This document shows, piece after piece, positions 25,867 through 42,294 of a DNA stretch of 64,000 nucleotides. The stretch's first letter is position 1, and each line of letters starts with the position of its first letter. The notes below the pieces were generated by a model. That model worked only from the letters and a program-made list of their open reading frames with translations, made no database searches and was not told the origin of the DNA. Origin of the DNA: the human T2T-CHM13v2.0 reference genome, Homo sapiens. Location: assembly GCF_009914755.1 (NCBI RefSeq), contig NC_060928.1; one strand, written 5' to 3'. Position numbers and translations under genes: made by a program.

Positions 25867-27479
25867 ATGAGTATTTTTGGGTTACTGTTTATTTCAAATT
25901 CATGTTCCCTGATTTTACTCTCAACCCGACCTAAACTCTACAAATCTTTTGCACAGTTCTACCAAATAAAAATTTAATAATTTATTTTAATATATTATTC
26001 TATTCTGTAAGCCTTGGATGTGCAGCAAAGCGTTATATGTTTTAGCAGAGTTTTAACTGAACTGTGAACTGCAATCCAGATGGAAAAGCACAAATTTACA
26101 AAACTCCAAAGCAAGTCTAACTCAAATATTAACTTTGTTGCCGAACCATGAATTGAACTTTTATTATTTTTTGTAGAGTAAAATCTCAGCTTTAAGTAGA
26201 ACCAACCAGTATATTTTTTTCTATTGAACTAGAGAATCAATTACTTTTCTGGCTTTTGTAATATGACTGAAGTGGTCTTCCCATTTTTACTCCTTTATTC
26301 AATATCTTAACAAAGACTCTAATGTTCACATTATCATGAAGACTTTTAGCTTCTTTTTCTGAAGTTCTTTCACAAAATAATGATCGAACAAATGTACTAA
26401 CTCCTCTAGTCATGCCATTTCATTAAGCCAACGCTTTTAAGGTCATTCTAACAACTTTATTAAATTTGAATTCCTCAGATACACATTCTGTCTTACCCCA
26501 TCTAATCCTACCCTGTCAATTCTTCTGTGTTAAATGCTTTGTTAGGTTATTTCTATTCTGTAAGTCAACTAAGATTGGTGGAGAAGTTAGATATCTTGGA
26601 AATGTTACTCATGTAGAAAACGATGAAGCCATAATTTGACCTAAAATGTGTTCATTTTTAATTTATGCTTTTCAATTACCATCTTTCTATATAATGGCCT
26701 ATATTCATTAGAATGCTCTCAGTTGTAATGGAAAACGATAATAAAATTGGTTTAAATGACAAAGAAATGGCAGTGTCTCCATGTGTTTGGGACCTAATTT
26801 CTTGCCGTTCATTCCTCAGTTCTTTTTCTTCAGCATTGATTCCCTTCTTGACAGCATTCTCTATTGATAGTCCCATGATGGTTGCTGGACTTATTTACAT
26901 GTTTACATAATTAACTATGTTTAAGGTATTTATGAAGGACCAAAAGAGGTCAGATGCCCATCACTTAATAAGGGAACATGGACAACATTGATTTAGGCTT
27001 GAATCACATTCCCTGGTAGCAGAATCAAGAGTAGTAACTTCTCTGGTGAAATCAAATTCTGAAATATTTTAACTGAAAGAAAAAGTCTGAACACATGAAT
27101 GAAAATTAAAATGACTTTGCCTATAGATGAAAAAATGAATGTTGGTTAATTAAACAAAATAAGTGCCTACTCCCTGACAGTGCATGAAATTTGCCTTTCC
27201 AGTACAGTCCGTATTAGTTGCAAAAGCCCTCTATGATCACTGCCACTTCCATCATTTTGCCCATGTATCTTCATGCTAAAAAATTATAATATTTTCCCAC
27301 AATCTACTAAATCTCCTTGTGTTTCCAGGCCTGGATTAAATCCTATCATCTTTAAGATATCTATCTTATTACCCTAGCCCTTCTGATCTTGTGTCTACTG
27401 CTATGGAATTTCTAGTTATTATAGGTCTTTAAAATATAGTCTGTTAAGACATTTTTCCTATTTGTAATTTGTGCCACCT

Positions 27480-27695
27480 TACCTAGGCCTTAAGAGCTTG
27501 TTAAATCTGGCTCCACTTTTAGTATCTTGTATTAGACAAGTTGCTTAACCTCTTGAGTCTTAATTTTCACATGCCTAAATAGGCATAATAATATATTAAC
27601 CCACCATGGTGTTAGGAAAAATAATTTATATACTAGGTACAAAATTCTGATAGCTAGTCCAGGCATGAATTAAATGCACAGAAAACATTGGCACT
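27480..27695 (+). mobile_element. MIR
   Basis: 'gacaagttgcttaacctcttgagtcttaattttc'. Confidence 0.7.
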
Positions 27696-27914
27696 TTATT
27701 TTTAGCCACTATATAACCACCACAATGCCTAGTGAAGTGATAGTTGCATACATAATAGATACTTGATGGACATATCTTGGATTTCCTGAAGCTAAAATAA
27801 TGCAATATGGTAAAGTTGCCTTTCTAAATACATTTTCCTAAAGGACATATTCTGAAATTTCTTTGTGGATTTTAAAATTTTGATGTTGTTTAATCATTTA
27901 AAGTATAGTGTTTT

Positions 27915-28050
27915 GTTCAATCAACAAACAATTCCTAACAAAGTCACAGTATGCCGAGTGTCAGGTGTTGCTGTTAGGCCGTTTAACAATATGGATATAG
28001 TCTTTGCTATCATAGAGCCAATTGTCTAGGGAAGCAATCTGAAGTTTGAA
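27915..28050 (-). mobile_element. L2 3' end
   Basis: 'ttcaatcaacaaaca...gtgtcagg'. Confidence 0.45.
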
Positions 28051-28327
28051 ACAAAAAGGTAAACAGAAAAAATGTCAACTTATTACTACAATGGGAAGGT
28101 AGTACCCAGAAATTGATGTTTTAACTCTCTATCTAGGTAACTTTGATTGGTGGTAGGGTTTCAGCACCACTGTGCTTTGCCAATAAATCATTTACTTTTT
28201 GCATCTTATGGAAAAATTGTGTGTAACCTCTGGAACAGAATGCTACTTTATACTTAGCTATCTAATCATGAACATCAAATAATTCCTATTTGCATATTTG
28301 GTCTACTACATAGTAAGTACTCCATAA

Positions 28328-28604
28328 TTTTTTTTAACTTTTATTTTGTTTAGAGGTACAAGTGCAGGTTTGTTACACAGATAAATTTGTGTCCTGGGGG
28401 TTTGCAGTATAGATTATTTCATCACCCAGGTATTAAGCCTAGTATCCATTAGTTATTTTTCCTAATCCTCTCCCTCCTCCTACCTGCCACCCTCCAAAAG
28501 TCACCATCATGTGTTTCTCTCCTCCGTGTGTCCATGTGTTCTCATCATTTAGCTCCCACTTATAAGTGAGAACATGCAGTATTTGGTTTTCTGTTCCTGT
28601 GTTA
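28328..28604 (-). mobile_element. L1PA13-like 3' end
   Basis: 'agattatttcatcacccaggtattaagcctagta...tataagtgagaacatgcag'. Confidence 0.88.
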
Positions 28605-28739
28605 CAGACAGCACACCACTAACAAGCGGGGCATTCAATGCTAGAAACAATATAAGGTCTTTCAGTTTGTTTTTCTAATCCAGATATTGGTTCAAGAATG
28701 GATATGTTAACATAAATATATCCATTCATGGTAATAAAT

Positions 28740-31370
28740 ACTTGTATCAGAAAATAATGACCTCAAATTGATCATTTAAGCTTCCACCTTAAGAAACCAT
28801 AAATTCAGAAAAGATTAAAAACAAATCAAACAAAAGAAAACAATAAATAAGAGTAGAATTTTTAAAACTTAAATCAGAATAATTAAAGTCAATGAAACAA
28901 AAAAATACTTATTTGTGTAGCTCAATACATCTTCTAGCTGGACTGAGTAAGAAAAAAGAGAGAAGATATGAATGATCAATATCGGCAATGAAACATGAGG
29001 CATTACTACAGACCATAGAAATATTTAAAGAGAATTCTACAACCTTCTGGCAGTAAATTTGAAAACTTGGATGAAATAGACCAAATCTTTGAAAGACACA
29101 ATCACCAAAAATTATTCAGGGAGTAATAGATATCCTGAGTAATTTAATGTACAATATATGATAAAGAAATTTAATTCATCATTAAAAACTTTTCAACAAA
29201 TAAAACTCACTGGCACATCCACCCAATTATTTAATAAAGAAATAATACTGACTCCATACAATCTCTTCAGGAAAATTAAGGGAGAATAAAGACTTCACAA
29301 TTCATTTTATTTTCATATCAAAACCAGTTAAAGATATTAAAAGAAAAAAAAACCACAGGCAAATATTTATCAGGAATATGCACACAAAATTCCCCCAAAA
29401 TATTAACAGATTAAATCCAGCGAAATATCAAAAAGACCAAGTAGAGTTTGTCCTTGGAATACAAGACTTGTTCAAATGAATTTGAAAATATATCAATGTA
29501 ATTCTTTATATTAACAAAGAAAACAATAAATGTAATTCACTGTATTACCAGTCAAACTAAGAAAAATCATTATCATCATCTCAATAGAAGTGGAAAAGGT
29601 ATTCAACAAAATTAAACATACATTCATAATTAAAAAATAGAACTTTCAGAAAAGTCAAAATGAAAGAGAACTTGATTAACCTGATAAAAGACATATATGA
29701 AAAATCCACAATTAATATCATATCCAATGGTGAAAGACTGAGTATTTCTGCCTAAGAACAGAAATAAGGTAGCGATATGTTCTCCTACCACACCACTCCT
29801 ATTTAAAATAAATTGCAACTCATAGCCAGTGCCATAAGGCAAGTAAGAGAAAGTAAAGACAGGTAAAGTGGAAAAAATAAAGATAAAACTGTCTCTACCT
29901 GCAGGTAACATGATTGTCAAAGTATAAAATGCTATGTAATCTTGAAACAAAGACAAAATACTTGCAGAACCAGTAAGTGAGTTTGAGCTTGGCTAACTCA
30001 CAGAATACCAGGTCAATATATAAAAATTAATTGCAATTAGCAATTAAAAACTGAAAAATTTAAAAGTACCATTTATAATTGCAGCAAAAATGTAGGTATA
30101 AACATAACAAGATATTATAGATATGTTGCTAGAAGATGCTATAAATGACAAAACAATTCTAGGAGAAATTTGAGAACACCTAAATTAATAAAGAGAAATT
30201 CCATACTATTGAATTTGAAATCTCAAACTTAGAGTAATGTGAATTCCCCCCAAATTGATCAACAGATTTAATACAATTACAACAAAAATCTCAACAGAAT
30301 TTGTTTAGATGTGAAAATATGAAACTAAAAATTTTGACAAAACATTAATATAAATAGAATAGCCAAAACAATTTTTTTAATAAAGTTGAAGGACCCGCAA
30401 TACCTGATTTCAAGACTTAACGGTAAAGTTACAGTAATTAAGACAGTGTGATTTTAGCAAAAAGATAGACACGAAATAAATGGAACTAGAAATAAACCAA
30501 GTGTTTAGTCAGCTAGGCTTGTCATAACAGAATACTGCAGGCTGGGTGGGTGGCTTAAGCAACAGAAACTTATTTTTTTCTAATTCTAGAGTTTGAAAGT
30601 CTAAGATTAAGGTGCTGGTAAGGTTGGTTTATCCAGAAGCCTCTCTCTTTGGCTGCAGATGGCTGCATTTTCACTGTGTCCTCACATGGCCTTTTCTCTG
30701 TGTATGTACCTCCCTAATGTTTCTTCCTCTTGTTTGAAGGTTACCAATTATAATGGCTTATAGCTTCACCCTTATGACTTTACTTAACCTAAATTACCAT
30801 TTTAAAGGCCCTAAGTCCAAATGCAATTATATTTTAAATGCTTACCTTCAAAAGCCCTAAGTGAAGGTCTATAATGGCTTTATTCTTCTGCTGATCCAGA
30901 CCACATCTGCTTATAACCTAAATGTCTGTTAACTGGTAAATTAATAAACACTTTATACATATAATGCAATAAATGTACACAATGGAAAACTATTCACCAA
31001 GAAAAAGGAACAAATTATGTACATACTCAGTAACACGGATGAATCTCAAATGCATTATTTTAAATGAAATAACCCAGATTCAAGAGGTTACACACTATAC
31101 ATCCCATTGATATGAAATATTTGAAAATGCAAGTCTATAAGAACGTAGGATATGTCAGCAGTTGACAGAGATTTGGAGTTTGGAGTGGGGTTGACTACAA
31201 ATAAGCATAAAGATGGAATTTTGGTGGATAATCCAACTGTTGTCTATTGTGATTGCAATGATTATTACATGACCTTATGTCAAAATTCACAGAATTGTCC
31301 ACCAAATGAATTAATTATATTATTGGTTTACAGATAAATTTATCATATGCAAATTTAAAAATAAAATCAT
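28740..31370 (+). mobile_element. Old L1M ORF2/3' UTR remnant (~2.3 kb), interrupted by MLT1B
   Basis: A-rich degenerate ORF2 ('tctcaatagaagtggaaaaggtattcaacaaaat', 'aatacctgatttcaagactta'). Confidence 0.8.
30502..30860 (-). mobile_element. MLT1A0/MLT1B LTR
   Basis: 'gtcataacagaatactgcaggctgggtgg...aagtctaagattaaggtg...tgtcctcacatggc'. Confidence 0.85.
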
Positions 31371-31417
31371 AATCTATAAATGCCGTTGGCAAAAAGGAAT
31401 ATAAAACTTTTAGCTAC

Positions 31418-31467
31418 ATTTTTTTTTTTTTTGAGGCATAGTCTTACCTTGTCGCCCAGACTGGAAT
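31418..31467 (-). mobile_element. Alu 3' stub (~35 bp plus poly(A))
   Basis: poly(T) followed by 'gaggcatagtcttaccttgtcgcccagactgga'. Confidence 0.75.
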
Positions 31468-32210
31468 CGAAAATGGTGAAGTAAGAATAAAACAAAACAC
31501 AAATTATTTAGTTAATTTCAACATTCACAGATGTCTAGGAGTGAAACAAAAATGTAAAATTTCTTTGAACTAGGGTTCAAAATTTGCACAGTCATCATGA
31601 CACAATGTAAACAGTACAAACTAATGAATATTTAAACCATTACTATGGTTCTAAAGATTATTGCTGAAGTGATTTTTGTTGATGTTATAATAGTTTACGT
31701 AGTTCTTAGCCAGGCAGCTCAGGAAAAATTCAATTCTCATTCTGAGCAAACATTTCCAGTGACAGTCCCAAGGGAAATATACACAGGAGAGTGGTCAACA
31801 AAACAGGATAATTTAGTATTTCACTATAAGCATGGACCTTGACCCCAAATCCCAATATTAAATTATTAGACTGAAGAGCTCTGATATGTGTGATACAACT
31901 CAGCTTAAAATATTTATATCCAAATAAAAAGTAGAATTTCAGACATTATTACTCCAAATTGGTAAGGATCACATTGATTAATCAAGGTACAAGGGGTTAA
32001 ATAGCTGGAAAATACATCATAAAGCTGACCTAGTCCATACTTCAATGCATTTTTCTCATACTAGAGCATTACCAAGTTCCTTCTGCTGGATAGAAAAAGG
32101 GGAATCACTGAAGTTTATAAGAGTAGAGAGTTAGCCTGTTGCTGTTTCTCACTCGTTCACTAATGACTCTTGGTATAATAATTGTAGAAACACATATGTC
32201 CTGTCTCTTA

Positions 32211-34073
<1,863 letters not shown>

Positions 34074-35119
34074 AAATCTACACAATTGAGCTCATCTCTT
34101 GTTCTCTTTAGAGGGTAGCTACAATAATTAATTTGGCAATTTCCTCAGATTATTCCATCTTATCTATGTGTAGGAAGTGGCTAGCATAGTAGAGTCAAGC
34201 GTGTTAAAATGAAGCTGCTTAATACTCTCTTTGTATATGCTGTCAGTTTTTTTTATCCTCAAGATAATGTAATTTAGTTATTTAGTATTTAAGATGAAAA
34301 GTAATAAGAGGTCTTAGGGACCTATCCTGTGTTTTGAATTTAGGGAGAATGATAAACTATCAACAAAACTCATGTTTATGTTGAATTTTTATGTTGAACA
34401 GCTTCTTGTATAAGACTAGTACTGTTACATAGTTTCTGAACAGTTATTCTGTTGAATCAATGGGATAAAATACTCTGATGTTAGCACTGAGTCATGTTGT
34501 AGTTCTCTTTCTTTATAAAAATTAAAAATAAAATGTACTGTATAGGTTGGAGTTGCTACTTGCATTGAAGTTACTACCATTCTGTACAATTTACAGAAAA
34601 AATGTTTTATTAAGTGATGTTAGTTAACTCAAAGGATTGTTGAGAGAGCTAGGAGAAATAGACTTCCAAATATGCTTCTTGAACTATACCTAGATACATG
34701 CTTTAAACTGGCTTGATGAGAACACCACTAATACTACCATATTACCTATATAATAAATGCATGGAACACAACAAGCAACTATTTCTGCTACACTGAAAGT
34801 AGGATAGATACCTGTCACTATGAGCAACAGCAAAACATAAGCTTCTACAAAGCATATTTTCTCACATAGTTTTTCTCTAAAATATAACCTCCTGATAGTT
34901 TATCTGATGACAGACCTTTAATCACATGCTTACACCTTAAAATAATCTGGAGAATAATTATCCTAAATTCTATCTGGGGAATGTGAGACTCAGAATGTGT
35001 TAAATCATCAAGGTATGAGAAAGTTATTAATATTTATAAGATTAATCACTAAAAATTTCGATGCAGATATTTCATGACTAATTGTTTTTAATTTCTCATG
35101 TGCTTTTTTAAATTTTAAA

Positions 35120-36600
<1,481 letters not shown>

Positions 36601-37436
36601 ATAATACTAAAGGGCAATTATTCGCATTGTATAAAATGAGGACAACATGGTAGCTGTACTTTTTATATAGAAAAGAAAACATAATCCAACTCCTTTAAAA
36701 CTTATCATATGTACTTGAGTTGAAATTGCAACTATTACTTAAAGTAGCAAAATCTATCATAGCACTTCAACTATTACTAGGATGTTTTGGGATAAGAAGT
36801 TCATTCTGTTTCTAATTTGATTTTTTTATACTCTCAAAAGCAGACATGGTAATTGTCAACCAGAGACAATGTCAGGCAACCATAGATGTAAGTATGTCAG
36901 CACTAGACACTAAAAACATAAATGATATCAGAACCTTTATATTTTCCCCTTAGGTAAATTTTACTCTATGTCTTAATATATTTTGCTCATAAAAAGCTCT
37001 AATGTATCTTGGCTTACAGGTACAGTGCCTTTAAAATGTTGTCAATTTTTAAAAATAAGTTAACACTATTTTCTGGTCACTTAAAATGAAGACTTAGAAA
37101 ACTGCAAAACACCAAGGGTATAGAGACTCTTGTTTTTAAAAAATACCATTTAGATAAGCATGCATACCTCAAACTATCTGAAATATTTTAAGCTTGAAAA
37201 CCGGGGGAGATGGCAGTTAACAATTACCATTAAAAAGATAAAACACAATAGTTTAGAAAACTTTATAGGTAAGTATGTTTGAAGTATATTTTATTGTATG
37301 CATTTTATGGTCCAACCTCAAAAAAGTTGGAATATGTTTTTGGATTTGGATTTAAGTCTTAATTAAAAAGGAAGCAGAATGTCTTTTCATATGTATTTAC
37401 AGGTGCTATGAACAAATTCAAAATCTTGTGTATGAA

Positions 37437-37500
37437 CAGAGAGTCAAACCTTGATAACAAGAGGAAGTCAGAGGGTAAAACCTTGATAACAAGAGGAAGT
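37437..37500. repeat. 32-bp tandem duplication (30/32 identical)
   Basis: cagagagtcaaaccttgataacaagaggaagt / cagagggtaaaaccttgataacaagaggaagt. Confidence 0.93.
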
Positions 37501-38729
37501 ATTTTTCTTTACGTTATGCCAAAATTGATTTAAATATTTTTATATATTCACTTCTAATTTATATTATTTTAATAATACTTAATTATCGTCCTTAACAGGT
37601 AGATAATATGTGAAAACAATTTTTTGACCATTATTTTAATATTATTTAAAGATATTTATAATTAATTTGCTGTGGAGGATAGTTTTTACTTCCCTACCAG
37701 AATTTTTTTAATGTTGACATGAAAATTCATTAAATTAATTTATCAAAGCCAAATCTAGTTTTTTAATAGTTATAATTTGTATATAATTTACTAAATGAAG
37801 TAAATTATATCTAACTCATTTATTAAATGTCAGAAGGTCTAATTAATAGCCATGAAGCTAGGGTTGCCATTGACCAAATGTTTCTTATTGACCTTTCTAT
37901 TCCCCATGGCCTGTCTACCATTGCCATCTATACCTGTGCATCTGGTGACTTTGTCCATTTCTTCCCATTTTTACTTCTCATGTGTTAACAACTGACTTTT
38001 CCCTTATGCTTTTAGGTGTCAACTCTTAATTGCATATCTAAATACAATGTAATTGTCTAATTTTTTATTCCTCACCTCACTTAATTCTTTTGTTTCAGAC
38101 ACTTTTAAAAGCTAGTTCAGTTTAACACCCATCAGACATATTAGTACAGAATATTTTATGTAAAATTCCTTCATTTAGGCTTTTGAGATTACCTAATTTT
38201 AGTAACTATTTTTTCAAAATGTATGTCACTCTTTTTGGTAATTTCTTAAGCAATATTTGATATTTGATAAGTTTGAAGAGTTTGTAGGTCTAAGCATATT
38301 TCATTTTTAAAAGAAAAGTACATAGTACTATAATATGTTAAGTGGTCTATAAAATGCTTATGTGTCACTGGATAGGGAATGTTTGATAAGAGTTGTTATG
38401 CAAAACAGATGTAGATATGGACATATATATAAAATATACCTAACTATTAGTATATAACATAAATGAAACAATCATAGTTAATTGGCCTTAAAAATTAGTA
38501 GCATTATTTTCTTTTTTAAATTTGTGGGTACATAGTAGGTGTCCATATTGGTCATATTTTAAGCATACAAAAATCAATAAGCAAAAGGGGAGCTGGAAGT
38601 AGTCTAGCAGTTCTCACTTTTCTAGTAGAAATGTGATGGAATTGATAATACTTAAGGAAATATTAATATTGCCTAAGATGGAAATGGCAATGTAAGTTAA
38701 AGGAGTAAACATGACAAACCATAGTTAGA

Positions 38730-38876
38730 AAAAAGGATGAAATGTTTCCAACAAACAAAAATAGTAAATACTCAAGGTAATACCCTGAAAACTCTGACTT
38801 ATTACCTATTTTATGCATGTAACAAAATATCACATGTACCCCATAGAAATGTACAAATATTATGTATCAATAAAAA
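38730..38876 (+). mobile_element. L1MA4/5-like 3' end
   Basis: 'atgcatgtaacaaaatatcacatgtaccccata...tatgtatcaataaaaa'. Confidence 0.8.
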
Positions 38877-39679
38877 GTACTTTGTAGATAAAGAAGATTA
38901 AGGATATGATTTATTAATATTTATATTTTTGATTTTTATTTAAAATAATCAACTACTATTGGAAGAAAAAGGCTGCTTTTCCATAATTAAAAATATAGTT
39001 TTAAAAAAAATCGCTTGTGTACTTGAGAGAAAAGAAACAAAGGTAAGCAATAATTGATATCTATTCATTTTTCTTTCAACTAACATTACTGAGCACCAGC
39101 AGTAAACCAGCTACTGATGGAGGCATGGAACATATAAAAGGAATATTATTCCACTGCTACTATTAAATAATTTACAGCTCATGAACGGAGGAGAACAGAA
39201 TATCAAAATAACTGAAGTCATGGCTACTGGAGATTTATTTGTTTAATCACTCATGATAGCCATGTTACTTAACTTGTTTTGCTGAGTTTTCATGTTTGTA
39301 AAATAATGACTTCAGTAGGCACTTTATTATATGTTTTCAGATGTATGCACTTAAAATAATTCCTGACATTTCATAGATCCTCAACAAATAATGACTACTT
39401 TTATAAACAAAAGAAGCAAAACATTGCAATTAAACAGCTTAGTGATATAACAAGGGATTGAGGAAGTACAAAAAAATAAAGCAACTTCCTTGGGGGTTTT
39501 AGACAAGGCCTCCATGCAAGCTAATTTTTGGATAAGAAAACAAGAGTATGATGTACACAGGGGCACAAGATGAGTAAAAATTGTGAACGATCTCCAAGTG
39601 TCCATGAAGTCATGAGAAATCCTGCATTAAACCTTTCTTTTTTTTTAATCTAATTTAAGATTAATCTACTCTTTCAATC

Positions 39680-40830
39680 CACTCTCATCTTTCTTAGTAG
39701 TAGATTTTTCCCTAATTCAGAGGGAAAACATAGACAATCTTGTAGGACAGTTTCAACTGTCCATTCCCAAACTTACAAATATGTATGTTATATATACATT
39801 GACTTTCTTTCTTCCATTCTTAGAAGAGACTTTTCTTTTTCAAAGTCCAACTTTCTAGTTGATATTTGGATCAAGTTTCCTTGCTACCTTGTCTAAGATA
39901 ATATTTAATTAATCATTTTCTATTTTCTGCATATTTTTAATTTTTAGGTTACAACTGGCTCTTAGTTCATGTCATAATTATCATCCCACATGTCCATTTA
40001 AAACAAAATGAACAGCAATAATTCTCTCTTTTATATCTTACTGTCACTTTAATTCATGAAAAGGATCCCCAAAAATAAAATAATATTTTAAAAACCCCAA
40101 CAATTTCTTTACTTTCTATTTACTCTTTAACCTACCAGATACCACACCCACAACCCCAGTGAAATTGTTCTGAATATTTCTAATGACCTTTCTATTGCCA
40201 TTTTCAATGAATGTTTTTATTCCTTATCTTATTTTCTTTCATTGTTGACCGCTTCCTTCGTGAACATCTTTTGCTCTTGCCTTCCGAGACATCACCCTCT
40301 CTTTGTTCTTCTCATTGGTACTCTTAACTCTTTCTTCTCATTCTGGATTTTGTTAGTTCCTTAGTCTCTGTCCTAATCACAGTTGCTGATGTTTCCCATG
40401 GTGCCCTTTGTTCTCTTCTCTGTTAACTCAATGTGCTCTTGGTGAGCACTCAGATTTTTTACATGTTTTTAACTACCACTTTTAATTAATAATTCTGAAA
40501 AACACATCCGTACCATAAAACGAATCCCTGAGCTCCAGATCCAAATGTTAAATTTTTTAGATGCTTTAGCATATCTTCCCATAGAAAACTAATAATATTC
40601 AACTTGTTTCAAAATGAATAAGCTATTTTGAGTCCAAATTTGGTTATTCTCTTGAATCTCATATTTTAAAGAGCAGCATCACTATTTATTCAACCAGCCA
40701 AACAAGAAGCTAGAGAGGCTTCAAATTCCTTCCCCACCCTTTAATCTTTTCCCATATCTCGATTTAATCAATCTCTAAATCTTCTAATGTTTTTTTCTTA
40801 ACATCTCTTATTTTCTACCGAAGCAGCTGT
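39680..40830 (+). mobile_element. L2 remnant
   Basis: 'taatgacctttctattgcca...gttgaccgcttccttc...ccctgagctccagatcc'. Confidence 0.65.
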
Positions 40831-42059
40831 AACTGTAACTTGTGATTCTTGGCTTTGGTTTATTATATCAATAAACAGCCTCTTTACCGTGCACCATTGC
40901 TTAAACACGAATGTGTGGGAAATTATATAAGGCCTGACATGAACAAATCTTTGACTATTTATCTATTTTCTCTACTCACTGAAGAAAGAAGTAGGAATTT
41001 AGAGATGAGGAAAATAGACGATATAGGAAGAAATTGTAATAGTTAATATGAAAGTTAATAAAGCTTGAACTAGGCAGTAGCATTATGAATGGAAAACAAA
41101 TAGTGGCATTCAAGAGACCCCTTTGAAGTAGCATTGAGATGCTTTGAGTATCACAAAAAAGGGTAAGTTGATATCATCTCCTTGAGATGAAGGCCTGCTT
41201 AGCAATAAAATAATAAAAAAACATAGACTACAGACCTATCTGAAAGTAAAGTATTGCCTTTGGGATTATGCTAATGATATCAGCTCAAGCTATATATTTT
41301 CAGGGTTTTTCTACTTAGGAATTAAAAGGTAAATGTCACTGAGAAAAAAATAGCATGACAGACAATGATCTTAATATTTAGCAAATATATTATGCATTAA
41401 ATAGAATGGAATTTGAAAAGTAGAGTCTAGAGTCTATAGATGTGGTTCAGAAACTGGAAAATATTTCCGTGCAGAACTGTGACAAATCAAGGTGTTACAG
41501 AATCACATCATTTTATCTTAGTTTCTGCAAACATGGAATACTGAGTAGTATACTTACACAAAAGTCAAATAATATCAAGTTTTCCCAATTCACCAGTACA
41601 GAAAAAATGAAAACAAATGTTAATGAAATTTCTCAGTTTTAAGTTTCCCTGCTCAATAAAAGGAAAAGTTTTCCTTTTCAACTTTTGATATCTACTACTG
41701 TTTCCTAACAGGAAACAGAATAAATTTTTAAAAAGCTAAATAATATTAATGTAAATGTCAGAAATGTGATCATAAGAAAATCTTGGATGTATTAGTTTTT
41801 AGTTGCAGGGGCTTACTTACATATATTCATGTACTTTTTTAGTAATGTTATTTCACAGAAAAAAAACTATACAAATTATCATGAAATTTTTCAAACAACT
41901 CTCTAACAATTGTGAGTCACAGCTAGGAAGTTCCCTTGAAAAGAGCAAGCAGGGACTGAAATGTAGAAATTGTCAAAAACAAGGTAGGAAAGGCAAGGAA
42001 ATGGTGATAGAAAGGGGAAATAATGTTATTTCCTATCTACCCGCTCTGTTCCAGTTTCT

Positions 42060-42240
42060 GTGTTATGTTTGATTCTTTTATATGTCATCTATTATCTTCA
42101 AATCCAGTAAGAAGTGGCATAATTTCAATAAACAGATGAGAACTGGAATTTCAGAGAGCTCCATTTACTTTCTGTAAGTTTCAGAAAGTAGCTGAGATAG
42201 TTCAGACTGTTTTCAAAGCCTGCTTGCTTTCCACATACTA
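42060..42240 (-). mobile_element. MIR
   Basis: 'acagatgagaactggaatttcagaga...cagactgttttcaaagcc'. Confidence 0.55.
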
Positions 42241-42294
42241 GGCTATCTAGAGGATGTAAAATTAAAAGTGATTAATAAGCCAAATTCAACCTAT

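Larger units (their letters stand above)
36841..39042 (+). pseudogene. Cluster of candidate exons 36841-36887, (36954-37019), 37154-37268, 37403-37474, 38999-39042
   Basis: Donors GAT|gtaagt, TAG|gtaagt, AGG|gtaaaa, AAG|gtaagc; pyrimidine-tract acceptors; in-phase, stop-free join of ~92 codons when 36954-37019 is skipped. Confidence 0.45.

Noticed and set aside
36843-36990. Resemblance of DMVIVNQRQC...TLCLNIFC to the HEI10/RNF212 RING N-terminus
   Set aside because: The first Cys and the His ligand are missing, no distal CxxC follows, and the match needs the stop-containing block with a 66-bp intron
39010-39042. 'CVLERK' as an ERCC4 nuclease motif
   Set aside because: Three-residue match only; no upstream GD motif
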